From Nitrosopumilus sp. (GTDB lineage Archaea > Thermoproteota > Nitrososphaeria > Nitrososphaerales > Nitrosopumilaceae), in assembly GCA_965249555.1 (NCBI GenBank), contig OZ252243.1, positions 1,792,001 to 1,856,000 on the forward strand: a DNA stretch of 64,000 bases, read 5' to 3'. This document shows, piece after piece, positions 51,714 to 62,615 of the stretch. The translations under genes and the position numbers were made by a program. Each line of letters opens with the position of its first letter. Position 1 is the first letter of the stretch. Under the pieces are notes generated by a model. The model was not told where the DNA came from. It saw only the letters and a list, made by a program, of their open reading frames with translations, and made no database searches.

Positions 51714-52457
51714 ATGTATTACTTGTACATTGATGAAAGTGGAGATTCAGGAGATTATTTAGATGAATCTAATAAAGTCATAGAGGGAAGTTCCAAATTT
51801 TTTACTCTGGCTGGAATCATAGTAGATGATACTCTAAAAACGAATCTAGATAATGAAATTAATTCCATAAGTGACAGATATTTTTCAACTATTTCACTTC
51901 CAGAAAATTTCAAGATTCATTATCATCCATTAAGAAACAAACGTCCTCCATATGACAAATTATTAGATAGTCAAAGGTTTCAATTGGCAAATGACATGTT
52001 TGAACTCATCAAAAAATCAAACTGTCATCTTTTGTCAGTTACAATAAATCTAGAACGTCATTGTAAAAAATATGGCATACCTGCCAATCCCAAAGCATAT
52101 GCCATGTTGATAATACTTGAGAGGTTTCAAGATTTTCTTGAGGAAAATGGCGCGGAAGGCAGAGCAATTTATGAAAAATTCAATAAAAAAGCAAGGAAAA
52201 AAGTGGAGCGTACAATAAGAGGATTGAAGGAAATTTTACGTTTTAGACATTATAAAGAATTAGACAACATCCGAGGTCATGTGGAAAATGGAGATCCTAA
52301 GATATCTCCAATATTACAACTTGCAGATTTCTTTGCATATGCCGTATGGATAAAACGAACCACTTCTGATGCTTCCAAAGATAGATGGCTTTCAATCAAA
52401 GACAAGTACTATCGATTAGATTATGGTTGGTATAAAGCAGGAAATGTTGAAATCTAA
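51714..52457 (+). CDS. DUF3800-family protein (RNase H-like fold predicted)
   Basis: N-terminal YLYIDESGD, C-terminal LQLADFFAYAV. Confidence 0.88.
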   Translation: MYYLYIDESGDSGDYLDESNKVIEGSSKFFTLAGIIVDDTLKTNLDNEINSISDRYFSTISLPENFKIHYHPLRNKRPPYDKLLDSQRFQLANDMFELIKKSNCHLLSVTINLERHCKKYGIPANPKAYAMLIILERFQDFLEENGAEGRAIYEKFNKKARKKVERTIRGLKEILRFRHYKELDNIRGHVENGDPKISPILQLADFFAYAVWIKRTTSDASKDRWLSIKDKYYRLDYGWYKAGNVEI

Positions 52458-52540
52458 AGGCGATTCCTGAGCTCTCTTGCGAGTCTCATAGTTAGCATTA
52501 CACCAACGGAACCGTACTAACTATACCAATCTCTATTTTT
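52458..52540 (+). ncRNA. Putative DUF3800-associated structured RNA
   Basis: Hairpin TGAG-CT-CTC-TTGC-GAG-T-CTCA; stem ATAGTTAG/CTAACTAT; CGATTCC can pair with loop GGAACCG (pseudoknot); T-run follows. Confidence 0.65.
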
Positions 52541-52892
52541 TAAAGGTTGGGATTCTCAAATCATTTTAAAAATATCCATAATCATCAAATATTTTATTTA
52601 CGTACAAAAGCTAAACCCCTCTTCTGAGGACTCCAAGTGGAGTAGATCTTAAGGTCCTGGTGTTAGCTGGTGTTATACTACATATGCCCTTAGGCCAACA
52701 GTTCCTGATGTTTCCCGGTAATGCAGTTTGTGGTGTTGCCATATGTATGAGGCAGACTGCCGGGGTTGCTTTTCAATAATTGTCAAATCAACCAAATTGC
52801 TACCAAGTCTCTTTTCAATCTCGTCTGATACTTTGATGGCATCTTCCCAACTTGAGAAGTATGTATCAACCTTCACACACAAATCAATACAA

Positions 52893-53363
52893 TTACACAG
52901 AGTGGTTTGTTTCAGATGTGATGGAAAAGGTCAGTACAAGAATGAATTTGTAATTGCATTGATTACAGGAATATTTTTGTCTCTTCGTTCCATTTTTGAG
53001 TTTTCTGAATCCACGTTTTACTATTGTAGTCGAATTGCATTTAGGACAAACTTGCGGATTGTTTATTCTCTCAATTTTATTTTCAGTGATGATATTTTCC
53101 TTTAGAATGATACAGCTCTGAATATGCTTGCAGTGTTTGTTGTCCTGTATTCTTAATAGGTAGTGAAAATCTCCACATTCACAAGTCCATACGTCAGTTT
53201 TTAAGAGCTTTCTGACATTGTATGATTTGTCTGAACTTTGAGAGTCTACAACGTAGTGATTTTTTGTAATCTTTCTGATGGAGTTTGTCTTTGAGAAAAT
53301 CTGTATTACTTTTTGTTTCCTTGAATCAATGCTAATAGGTAACATTATAGGTAATATAAACAT
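52893..53363 (-). pseudogene. SWIM-finger plus zinc-ribbon N-terminus of an IS6/IS1-like transposase, truncated
   Basis: WTCECGDF...CKHI; CPKCNS...KRGFRK...QKYSCNQC; DDE domain missing. Confidence 0.75.
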
Positions 53364-53412
53364 TAGACTAGTTTATAGGTAACATTATAGTCAGGTCATT
53401 AAACTTACCTAT
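53335..53412. promoter_or_regulatory. Repeated operator-like sites between transposase and AbrB gene
   Basis: ATAGGTAACATTATAG at 53335 and 53375; ATAGGTAA at 53347; inverted TTACCTAT at 53405. Confidence 0.6.
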
Positions 53413-53592
53413 ATGCCTGAAACAAATGTTACAAGGTTAGTTTTGGCAAACAAAAGCAATTCTTTGAGAACTACAATTCCAGCTCACATCATAAGACAAT
53501 TCAAACTAAGAGAGGGTGATCAGTTAGAATGGAGTCTTGAGGTAAAAGGTGGAAAAATGGTATTGGGAGTAACACCAAAAAAATCAAAGTGA
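53413..53592 (+). CDS. AbrB/MazE-type DNA-binding protein (59 aa, not in ORF track)
   Basis: SLRTTIPAHIIRQFKLREGDQLEW. Confidence 0.85.
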   Translation: MPETNVTRLVLANKSNSLRTTIPAHIIRQFKLREGDQLEWSLEVKGGKMVLGVTPKKSK

Positions 53593-53752
53593 TCATTCAT
53601 GATAGTCAATGATAAGTTTAAAAAAAAGAATTATGATAGTTGGGCAAAATTAGATTAATAAGGGAAATAAAGGGACTAGCAAATCAAGTAAAAAAATTGA
53701 TGATTATTATATTATACCCGAGGAATAATTATCTCAATAGGGATGAATATGT

Positions 53753-54337
53753 ATGGGAATCAAAGAAAAAATACTAGAAAATGGAGACGAATTACAGAAA
53801 TTTCTGATTTTGTTAGCGAATGCTAACAATGAACCAATCAAAGGGCGATTAAAACTTCAAAAAATGATGTTTTTGTTGTCAGATAAAATTGAAGAAATCA
53901 AGAATCAAAGTAGTTATGATGCAGACAATTATGGTCCATATAGTGAGGTAGTTGATGAAGAAGCACAGTATTTAGAACAAATTGGAGTACTTTCAAGCAG
54001 ACCAGGTGAAATCATTCTAACTAAAGAAGGGAAAGAGATTGCAAAAGAACTGATTAAAAAAGAAAACAAGAATGTTTTAAATGTATTAAATGAATATAAA
54101 AAATTCTTGAATGATCTAAGTAGCAAAGAATTACTTGCTTATGTATACTCAGCTTATCCAGATATGACTGAAGAATCCATCGAATATGAAAATCTAAAAC
54201 CAAATATAGAAAACTATATTCTATCACTAGTAAAAAAACAGAAAATTAGTGCACAACGAGCAGCTGAATTATTGAATAAATCACAAGAATACATAATTAA
54301 AAAAATGAAAGAAAAAGGCATAATGATATTAGGATGA
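53753..54337 (+). CDS. wHTH antitoxin-like protein with C-terminal UPF0175-like HTH
   Basis: GRLKLQKMMFLL, YGPYS, KISAQRAAELL. Confidence 0.7.
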   Translation: MGIKEKILENGDELQKFLILLANANNEPIKGRLKLQKMMFLLSDKIEEIKNQSSYDADNYGPYSEVVDEEAQYLEQIGVLSSRPGEIILTKEGKEIAKELIKKENKNVLNVLNEYKKFLNDLSSKELLAYVYSAYPDMTEESIEYENLKPNIENYILSLVKKQKISAQRAAELLNKSQEYIIKKMKEKGIMILG

Positions 54338-54340
54338 ATT

Positions 54341-54479
54341 TTGAAAATATTAGATACATCAACTATAATTGCAGTATTTAATGAGATTAATTGTCCCGAA
54401 TTAATTGATAAAATAATACAATTAGGACATGACTTAGCAATACCGTCTTACATAATGAATAGTGAATTATTAGATAAAT
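54341..54479 (+). pseudogene. PIN-domain toxin 5' fragment cut by an IS
   Basis: MKILDTSTIIAVF...LAIPSYIMNSELL, then IS terminus. Confidence 0.65.
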
Positions 54480-55620
54480 GAGACTTGGGCATAATGATTT
54501 ACAAAAAAACCAAGACTTTTCTCTAACAACAAAGCATTCTTTTCACAATCCTTGGATTCCCACTTCCAATTACACAATTATAATACACTGCCAACTGATA
54601 CACCAGCACGCAAATCAGCACGAATGATTGTACGTTCTCAAGTCCTTTCACCGGAACTGTTCTAATGTTAAACGTATCCTTGATTATTTCAAAGAGTGGT
54701 TCAATTGATATTTTTCTCTGGGAGTATAATTTCCGACCAACTGCTGAATTGTAAAACCCTATCAACTTTATTCTGGCTGGCGGCGTAGACGGGTATTTTT
54801 TGACCGGACAGATTAATCTCATGGCATTATTCTTAGTTGACTTGTATGGTTTGGAATCATCATATGCCGGATCACACAGTATGTTATTCATCAATCCAGA
54901 AAGTGACCCAATCAATTTCTCATATGGCTTGCTATCATGGACATTTGCAGTAGTTACACATGCAGATAATGGAACTAGTCTTTCCTGTACTGCAACTCAT
55001 GTGTAGTTTGTATCCATACACCCAACCCTTTGATTTGGAGAATCCCCACCTGGCATTTGTGTCAATTCCTGCAATTGGTAGGTGATTCTTTTTGATGTCT
55101 GATTTGTGCCATACTGGACCTGAAGCTTTTAGCATTGAACTATCAACTGATGCTGATTCACTATTCACCAATCCTTCTGAGACAAACAAATTTCCTACAG
55201 TGTTAATAATTTCATTGATTGGCAAGCATTGAAATCTTCTGTCAATTGTCCTTCTGTCAGGGATTTGGTTTAGTCTGCAAACCTTGAGTAATTTGTCATT
55301 GGTACATTTGATTGAGAGAAAATAATGCAGTGTGTTGTTACTTGGAATTCTCATCCATGACTTTACGATGAATAACTGAACCATCAGAACAGTTGAATAG
55401 ACATATGGCCGTCCTCGTCTCACTGCATTCTCATACAGAGACAGTGTTCCAACCAGATACAAAATACTAATAAGAAATGACTCACATAGAATCTTGTCAG
55501 GGATTTTTATTTGTTTTGTAATCATTCCAATGAACAAAACATGATTGAGATCCTTGGCTTTTTCTATTTGAATAATTTGAGAAATCGGTTAAAAATTAGA
55601 ATGGATTATGCCCATGTCTC
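54480..55620 (-). mobile_element. DDE_Tnp_1-type IS (IS4/IS5/IS982-like), frameshifted
   Basis: 16-bp TIR GAGAC(T/A)TGGGCATAAT; RRGRP, PDRRTIDRR, VDSS, YGYKLH, CDPAYD, RKISIEP. Confidence 0.88.
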
Positions 55621-55654
55621 ATATAGTTATCAAACACTTTAGGAGTACCAAGAG

Positions 55655-56059
55655 TGTGAAGGAAAAGGATCTGTATCATATAATTGAGAGTACCGGTCCC
55701 TTTGCAAAAAAATATTCTTCTATGAGGTTCCAATAGGAAAGTGGGCCACAAGTAGAAAAAAAATAGATATGGTATGTAGAGAAAATTATAATATTATGAT
55801 TTCAATTGAAGTAAAAATTAGTGACTGGAGAAAAGCTCTACAGCAGGCTTTTAGTAATCTGTATGTGTTTGATTATTCCTATGTAGCTTTATGGCACAAG
55901 ACCGTACCGAATGTGAACACGGCTATCTTTAAAAATTTAGGTATCGGAATACTCAAAGTGGATGATTTTTGCAAAGAAACAGTAAAGGCCAGGAGATCAA
56001 AATTGATTGTTCCCAAATGCAAATTTGACAATAATATGCTGATTACAAATGCCATATGA
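55655..56059 (+). pseudogene. PD-(D/E)XK nuclease-like fragment
   Basis: YEVPIG...IDMV...SIEVKISDWRKALQQA; frameshifted 5' part. Confidence 0.55.
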
Positions 56060-56145
56060 TGAAGTATATTTCCAAAGATTGGAAGAAGATAATCCTGAAG
56101 ATTATGAAAAACTAAAATCTAAAAAATCCTCTTAATTCTGTTTCT

Positions 56146-56490
56146 TTAGTCTTTATCAGAATCATCAGAACTTTCATTTTCTCTTCTACCTGGACCTACC
56201 CTGTCTTCTGGTTTTACCTTGTTGTCCCAGTTTCCTTTTACTCCTTTCACTAAAGCAATGATTCCCGCACCCGTAAATCCAATAATTAGTACAAAAAATA
56301 ATGTTTGATCAATTATCTTAAATGAACAGTTGATTTCAATTGGTGCCTTGTCATCAGAGTACTTGAAGCATGTTTCAAACTCATTTGACTCTATTGTAGC
56401 TGCTTGATAATTATGCCCAAACACTCCAAGAATAATAAATCCTACAAAGATTAGTGCAATACCAATCATAATAAATCTCATATCGCTCAT
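56146..56490 (-). CDS. Two-TM conserved hypothetical protein
   Basis: Hydrophobic helices, KGNWDNKVKPED. Confidence 0.7.
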   Translation of the reverse strand: MSDMRFIMIGIALIFVGFIILGVFGHNYQAATIESNEFETCFKYSDDKAPIEINCSFKIIDQTLFFVLIIGFTGAGIIALVKGVKGNWDNKVKPEDRVGPGRRENESSDDSDKD

Positions 56491-56542
56491 GTTTCCCCCC
56501 TTGATTTATCGTATTTACATTTTGGCTTGAAAATTTTTAGTA

Positions 56543-57004
56543 TTATTTTTCAAGTGATGTTTTGAGGTTTTCAAGTGATGCTTCATAAAATGAACCCATA
56601 AATGCAAGAAACTCCAAAAATTGTTTTTCAGACATCTTTTTACTGTTAAGATATGATTGCCATGTTAATTGAACTATCTTTTTTGATTTTACATTAATTG
56701 AAATTGTTGCAACATATGCTCTTAATGGCAAACCTTCAGTCGCAATGTATGTGAAATATTCTTTATCTTTCCATGCAACAACATGCTCTTCAATTTTACT
56801 CCCATCTGCAAATGTAATTAGTCTAATTGCACCAACATTTCTTTTCTTTTTAGAAAGGTAAATTGTCTTTTTTACATCCACTACCCATGTTGGCAATCCT
56901 GCAATGTTGCTGATTTTTCTCCAAACTTTGTCTTTTGATGCTTTAATTGTAATTGTCTTTTTTACAGAACCAGTATGGAATGATTTTTTTGCAGTTTTTA
57001 CCAT
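56543..57004 (-). CDS. SRPBCC/polyketide cyclase family protein
   Basis: IKASKDKVW...VGAIR...IEEH. Confidence 0.82.
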   Translation of the reverse strand: MVKTAKKSFHTGSVKKTITIKASKDKVWRKISNIAGLPTWVVDVKKTIYLSKKKRNVGAIRLITFADGSKIEEHVVAWKDKEYFTYIATEGLPLRAYVATISINVKSKKIVQLTWQSYLNSKKMSEKQFLEFLAFMGSFYEASLENLKTSLEK

Positions 57005-57081
57005 ATTATAACCTGAAAACTAATGGATTTTAAATTTTAGTTGTACAACCATTTTTAATCCCCATAAAATAATGATATCAA

Positions 57082-58362
57082 ATGGTATTTGGATGGGGGA
57101 AAAAGAAGCAAGAAGAAAAACCTACAAGGAAAATTCCTCAAGAAAAAGAGGTACAGCTTTCTAACGTCCCTAAAATTTTGGCTGATCTCACTCAATTACG
57201 AGAATCACAAACCGTCTCTGAGATAAAATATCTGAGAAACAATACTGAACCCTTGATAGATGATCTGATAAAAATAGGAAGTGTTCTTGCCAAAGATAAT
57301 CTCAAAGTTGATGATATTGACAAACATCTTGCAATTATTGTGGTTAGAGGTAAAAAACAGGTAATTGATGTTATCAAAAAAGATGTTGTACATTTACCTG
57401 AAATTTCATCAATTGATGATGCAAAAAAACTAAACTTTTCACTAAACCAAGTACTCAAAAAAGTTGGTGATGTGTTGGGAAGACAAACCCGAGTAATCCA
57501 CATCTTTGCCAAAAAATATGCAACTCAGTTAAAAGTAAATCTTGAAGTAATGAACAGAAATCAAAACGAGATTCATAAACTATTAAAAAATTATGATTTT
57601 ATACAATCGAGTTCTGATGAGATACTAGATACGCTGAATCAAATTAAGACTCTAAGTGAATCACAATTAGAAAAAAACCAAAAGATTGGTAATGCGAGTA
57701 AAATTACACAGTCACTAGATGAAAAAATTTCATCAATACAGAATTCAATTGAGGAGGTAAAGTCCTCTGATAATTACAAAATGTATGTTGATTTGAAAAA
57801 TACATTAGATACATTTAGTGCTGAAAAATCAAAGATAAAAAATGTAGTTAATACACAATTTACAAAAATTTCTCGTCCTCTTAGTAGATATGAATATGGT
57901 TCTTCTTTAGACAAAGAACAAAAAAATCTCTTGACCAAACTAGTTAACGATCCATTTACTGCACTTCTTCCACAAACCAAGGATTCTATTATTTTGATTT
58001 TAGAAAATGTTAGAAAAGGAATTTTTTCTGGTTCTATTTCTGTAAAAGACGTTGACAAATCATCATCTCAGATTACAGAAACCGAAGAAGCACTTGACGG
58101 ATTTATAAAACAGATTTCTGAATATTTAGAAAAATATGAAAAGATGAAAAGTGATCTAAATGCTCTTAATTCCGATGAACTTGTATCTTTGGAACATGAA
58201 TTGACCAAAAACATCTCATTTAAGGAAGATTCACAGCTTAAATCTGAAACTTTTCAAGGAGAAATTGATGATATTGATTCCAAGATACCAAAACTTGTAT
58301 CTGAAATTGAAGAGAAACTAAGACACTTTTCAAATACAAAATATTCTGTCTTACCTCCTTAA
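57082..58362 (+). CDS. Conserved coiled-coil protein
   Basis: 426 aa, MVFGWGKKK start, heptad-rich. Confidence 0.75.
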   Translation: MVFGWGKKKQEEKPTRKIPQEKEVQLSNVPKILADLTQLRESQTVSEIKYLRNNTEPLIDDLIKIGSVLAKDNLKVDDIDKHLAIIVVRGKKQVIDVIKKDVVHLPEISSIDDAKKLNFSLNQVLKKVGDVLGRQTRVIHIFAKKYATQLKVNLEVMNRNQNEIHKLLKNYDFIQSSSDEILDTLNQIKTLSESQLEKNQKIGNASKITQSLDEKISSIQNSIEEVKSSDNYKMYVDLKNTLDTFSAEKSKIKNVVNTQFTKISRPLSRYEYGSSLDKEQKNLLTKLVNDPFTALLPQTKDSIILILENVRKGIFSGSISVKDVDKSSSQITETEEALDGFIKQISEYLEKYEKMKSDLNALNSDELVSLEHELTKNISFKEDSQLKSETFQGEIDDIDSKIPKLVSEIEEKLRHFSNTKYSVLPP

Positions 58363-58393
58363 AATTAAATTAGTTCAAAACTGAAGAGTTTTT

Positions 58394-58801
58394 ATGATTT
58401 TCAAGAAGAAAAAGTTTGAGCGCAAAGTGTTATTGCAAAAAGATGTACTTGATAGCATCTTATCATATTGCAAAATGAACCATCCAAACGAAGGAATTTT
58501 GATTCTAAAGGGAAAATCCAAAAATGGAGAAATAAAAATAGATGGGCTTGTAATTCCTCCTTTCAGTGAGACTGGTCCTACATTTGCAGGATTCCCTCAT
58601 TCGTTTTTACCATTTGATATGAGCTATCTTGGAATTGTTCATTCTCACCCGAGTGGTTCTGCAGAGCCATCTGTTACTGACTTGCATAATTTCTTTGGAT
58701 TGGTATCACTAATTGTAAAATCTCCGTATGATGATGATTCTATTTTTGCATGGGATAGTAGTGGAAATTCTATTCCTCTCTCAATTGTACAAAGTTTGTA
58801 A
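58394..58801 (+). CDS. JAMM/MPN+ metalloprotease
   Basis: HPNE...VHSHPSGSAEPSVTD. Confidence 0.92.
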   Translation: MIFKKKKFERKVLLQKDVLDSILSYCKMNHPNEGILILKGKSKNGEIKIDGLVIPPFSETGPTFAGFPHSFLPFDMSYLGIVHSHPSGSAEPSVTDLHNFFGLVSLIVKSPYDDDSIFAWDSSGNSIPLSIVQSL

Positions 58802-58871
58802 AATATCTGATGAAAAATCCAAAAAAGACTGACAAAACTTTATATCCAATTTTTAAGATACTTTTAATGAA

Positions 58872-59195
58872 TTGTTCAATTTAAAATCTTATCTAGTTTT
58901 CCTATTTGCATCACTTGCTGTTAGTATTGGATTACAGATGATCCTTCCATTCCCATACGGTTTGGGGGCTGCACTGGCAATCTTTATTGCATTTCCATTA
59001 TTTTTAAGAAAACGATACATGAATCGTATGCGTGGTTATGGTGGCGACTCTGAAACAAAAGGTGGTGGATTCTTTGGAATGGGTTCACAAGATAGCCCGG
59101 GTAAAGTAAAGTATGTTTGCCTTGTCTGTAACAACAAACACAAAGGTGGTACTTGTCCACGTTGTGGATCCAAAATGCAACGAGCTGATTTTTAA
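58872..59195 (+). CDS. Membrane protein with C-terminal zinc ribbon
   Basis: Two TM helices, CLVC...CPRCGSK. Confidence 0.75.
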   Translation: MFNLKSYLVFLFASLAVSIGLQMILPFPYGLGAALAIFIAFPLFLRKRYMNRMRGYGGDSETKGGGFFGMGSQDSPGKVKYVCLVCNNKHKGGTCPRCGSKMQRADF

Positions 59196-59208
59196 TCGTG
59201 AAAGCAAG

Positions 59209-59526
59209 ATGACATTAGAAGAATTAAGAAAAAAAGTTCTATACCAAAATTCTATTGAGATATGGATTGGAGCAAGCAAAGAAAAAAATATGGACTGGTT
59301 TGATACTGAAAATTACAAAAAATTCATTGCTTTTCTTCTAAAAAATAATCTAAACATGAAACAAATGCCCATTTGCTTTGATGAATCAGACATAGCATCT
59401 GAAGGCGGACACAGCAAAAAAGTATTTGCTAACAAGTTGGCAGCATTCAATGATGAGAATTCATCATGCTATTCAATAAAATTGAATGATGGTAATATTG
59501 AACTAATTCGAAAATTCGATCTCTAG
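59209..59526 (+). CDS. Conserved hypothetical protein
   Basis: Likely start MTLEELRKK within ORF 59113-59526. Confidence 0.65.
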   Translation: MTLEELRKKVLYQNSIEIWIGASKEKNMDWFDTENYKKFIAFLLKNNLNMKQMPICFDESDIASEGGHSKKVFANKLAAFNDENSSCYSIKLNDGNIELIRKFDL

Positions 59527-59531
59527 TTTTA

Positions 59532-60899
59532 TTATCGTTTTAACTTTGGATTAACTATTACATCAAGTGCATTTCCAATAAAGACAAATGCAAGACCTGT
59601 GATGGCAATCATTACTCCTGGCGGCATTATCCACCACCATAACCCTCTAGCTGCTGCACCAAACGTATTTGCATCATGTAGGATCTGTCCCCATGTTGGA
59701 AATGATGGATCTCCTAATCCCAGAAAACTAAGCCCAGCTTCTGTAGTAATTGCAGCTGGAACTGATATTGCAATACTTGCAAATGCATAAGGTAGCAATT
59801 GTGGCACAATGTGTTTGAGAATTATTTTGGAATCTTTTTGCCCCATCATGTTTGCTGCATCTACGTAGCCTCGAGTTTTGATCTGAAGTGACATACTTCT
59901 TGACACTTTTGCTATTCCTACCCAGCCAAACATCATCAAAAACCCCACCATCAAAAATATGCTATTGCTAATTGTTACTGAGAGTATGATAAGAAATGGA
60001 AGTACTGGCAGTGCATAGATTACATCGTTGAATCTCATCATTGTCTCATCCGTTTTTTTACCCTTGAATCCTGCATAGACTCCATAGAGCAATCCCATAA
60101 TCACTGATGCAATTGCAACAACAATGCCGATGAATAATGCAAGTGGTGTTCCCCACAATAATCCTATTGCTAAATCTCGTCTTAGCTCATCTGTTCCCAT
60201 TATTCCAAAAGCTTTACCTCCAATGATTAGTTTTGATTCTGGAATTTGAGTTTCAGAATTCACTGAATACAAATCTATTGAAAAGACATAGTTTCCTTTT
60301 AGTGGCTCATTTGTTTTTGTTTTTGAAAAAACAATGTCTTCAGCTGATAATTTGTCAATAGTAAATGCAAATAGTTCTGATTGTAATGACAAGTTTTTCT
60401 TTATTGTTGCATCTGTTGAAAAAATCCTTTCACTGTGAATCGTTTTTGAATTTGAGAATGGAAGTGATGTTGTTATCAATTCAAGCTTAATACCATCAGG
60501 TCTAATTACTGTCATTTGTAGTAAGGGTGATCCAGAATATTCTGATGAAAACTCATAGATGAAATCATTTGGAAAGTCATCATAATTAAAATTCAATCCA
60601 AACTGATGTGATGTAAGTGAAATTTCTCCTTGTGAATTTGTTTGAATGCTTGGAGTTTCTAAGATTTTGTGCTCTGGAATCTTTTCTGTCATAAAGAGGT
60701 TCACCCAAATTGGAATTGCGACCTTTGGATATGAAATCCAGTGACCTGGGTTATGCCACTCTTGAAATGTCTCAAGTGGAATTGCAATCATGGCAATAAT
60801 TGATATTGCAACAAGTATTGCAAGAATTGTAATACCTGCAATTCCCATCTTGCTTTTGAGAAATTCTTGCTTTATTTCCTGAGGACTTATACTGCTCAT
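59532..60899 (-). CDS. Peptide ABC transporter permease (DppC/OppC-like)
   Basis: MGTDELRRD, YVDAA..MG, EAGLSFLGLG. Confidence 0.93.
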   Translation of the reverse strand: MSSISPQEIKQEFLKSKMGIAGITILAILVAISIIAMIAIPLETFQEWHNPGHWISYPKVAIPIWVNLFMTEKIPEHKILETPSIQTNSQGEISLTSHQFGLNFNYDDFPNDFIYEFSSEYSGSPLLQMTVIRPDGIKLELITTSLPFSNSKTIHSERIFSTDATIKKNLSLQSELFAFTIDKLSAEDIVFSKTKTNEPLKGNYVFSIDLYSVNSETQIPESKLIIGGKAFGIMGTDELRRDLAIGLLWGTPLALFIGIVVAIASVIMGLLYGVYAGFKGKKTDETMMRFNDVIYALPVLPFLIILSVTISNSIFLMVGFLMMFGWVGIAKVSRSMSLQIKTRGYVDAANMMGQKDSKIILKHIVPQLLPYAFASIAISVPAAITTEAGLSFLGLGDPSFPTWGQILHDANTFGAAARGLWWWIMPPGVMIAITGLAFVFIGNALDVIVNPKLKR

Positions 60900-61960
60900 T
60901 GGCCTGTCCTCACTCTTGGATCAAAATAACCATAAAGCAAGTCTGCAATGAAAATGCTAACAAGGAAAAATACTGTGAGAATGTAGGTGGAACCAATAAT
61001 TATTGGCAAGTCCATTACTGTGATTGCTTCAAAGTATAGTCTTCCCATACCTGGCCAATCAAAGACAGCTTCTGTGATGATTGCACCGCCAAGAGAACCT
61101 GATAAACTAAGTGCCAAAATTGTCACAATTGGTGGGGCTGCATTTTTTAGAGCATGAGAATAGATTATCTTTTTTTGCTTGATTCCAATTGTCTTTTTAG
61201 CCATGATGAAATCTTCCTGCATGATTCCAACCATGAAATTTCTTACCAAGTAAGCCCATGAACCAAAACCAATCATTACAATTGTAATCAATGGTAATGC
61301 CATGTGATACAACAATGTCCCAATGTATCCTGGATCTGATGATGGAATATCTGGAGTTGCTCTTGCAGGAAATATCTGATACGTAAATGCAAATAGGAAA
61401 ATCATTAGCATTCCTATCCACCATACAGGAAAACTAGAACTAATTATTGCAAAACTCGATGTCACTCTATCCACAATAGAGCCCACTTTACTGCTAGATA
61501 ATGCTCCCAGAAAAATTCCTATAATTGATATGATTATCGTAGCTGTTGTAAACAGCAGAATTGTTCTTGGAAGTTTCTCTAAGATGATGTCTCGTACATC
61601 AGAAGACCCAGAGTCACTAATTAGAAATGTCGCATTCCCAAAATCCAGTAGCAGTATTTTGTACATTGTAAGGCCTATTCTTTGAGGCGAATACCATGGC
61701 TCATCTAATCCTAAAATCTTGATTCTCTGGTCTATCTGACTCTGAACAAAGGCCTCAAATTCTTTAACTGATGAAAAACTTTGAGATATTGTATGATCTT
61801 CAGTTATCTCAGATCTAACCTGAAATACAATTCCTTGTTTTAATATGATATCCATGTTAGAGCCAACAAGAGCGATTGTAATCAACAGTGTAATCATCAA
61901 AACACCAAACATTGTTACCATTCTTGTGGCAACGTATCTCTTTAGACCCAATAATCTCAA
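60896..61960 (-). CDS. Peptide ABC transporter permease (DppB/OppB-like)
   Basis: HALKNA, ITEAVFDWPGMG, DPRVR. Confidence 0.93.
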   Translation of the reverse strand: MRLLGLKRYVATRMVTMFGVLMITLLITIALVGSNMDIILKQGIVFQVRSEITEDHTISQSFSSVKEFEAFVQSQIDQRIKILGLDEPWYSPQRIGLTMYKILLLDFGNATFLISDSGSSDVRDIILEKLPRTILLFTTATIIISIIGIFLGALSSSKVGSIVDRVTSSFAIISSSFPVWWIGMLMIFLFAFTYQIFPARATPDIPSSDPGYIGTLLYHMALPLITIVMIGFGSWAYLVRNFMVGIMQEDFIMAKKTIGIKQKKIIYSHALKNAAPPIVTILALSLSGSLGGAIITEAVFDWPGMGRLYFEAITVMDLPIIIGSTYILTVFFLVSIFIADLLYGYFDPRVRTGQ

Positions 61961-62059
61961 GTGAAAAAATTGCTTTATAATAATTTTTTGTGAGGAAAAT
62001 TAGTCAAACAACTACGATGAATTGTGAGCAACTCGTGAAATAATTAAAGAATAAAAAGT

Positions 62060-62350
62060 GGTATGTATCAAGCACTTTAGATGTTTCCTGATTGATTCAT
62101 GAGTGTTCTCAACTTTTATGTTTTGTAATATCTTTCCGTCATTATTCATTGTTGCCACTTGAAGAAATTTCTTGTGCAAGTCAATGCCAACATACATGCT
62201 CTTGTCTTTTTTTACCCTAATCTGTTTCTTTGGACTTTTCTTGGAATACGATGAATTACGAATCTTGGAATTAGATTCATTTCCTATGCTATCTGATTTC
62301 CTTCTTTTTGTATTCACATATAGCTATTGATTTGTGCGTGAAGGTTGATA
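62060..62350 (-). pseudogene. IS110 transposase 5' fragment
   Basis: MYVGIDLHKKFLQVA, truncated shortly after. Confidence 0.8.
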
Positions 62351-62615
62351 CATACAATTCATCAATACTCTACTACTACTAAGCTGTTGCCTTACGTAAG
62401 ACAAGGTATTTGATATAATAATAAAATACAATTGTGATTTTTGTTTTTTGTAATTTTTAGGCACAAAATTTTGCCCTCATCTCTTATATTTCCTCTCACG
62501 TTTACGAATAAAATGCGGTCTAAAATGAGAGAGAAAAAAATCAATTTTGCACAATACAATATCAAGTTTAGGCCGAACATGAAGTTTAGATAAGATGATA
62601 TCCTATCAATTCTTA

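Noticed and set aside
52600-52935. Separate IS or MITE truncating the SWIM transposase
   Set aside because: Composition shifts, but I could not find convincing terminal inverted repeats or a recognisable product.
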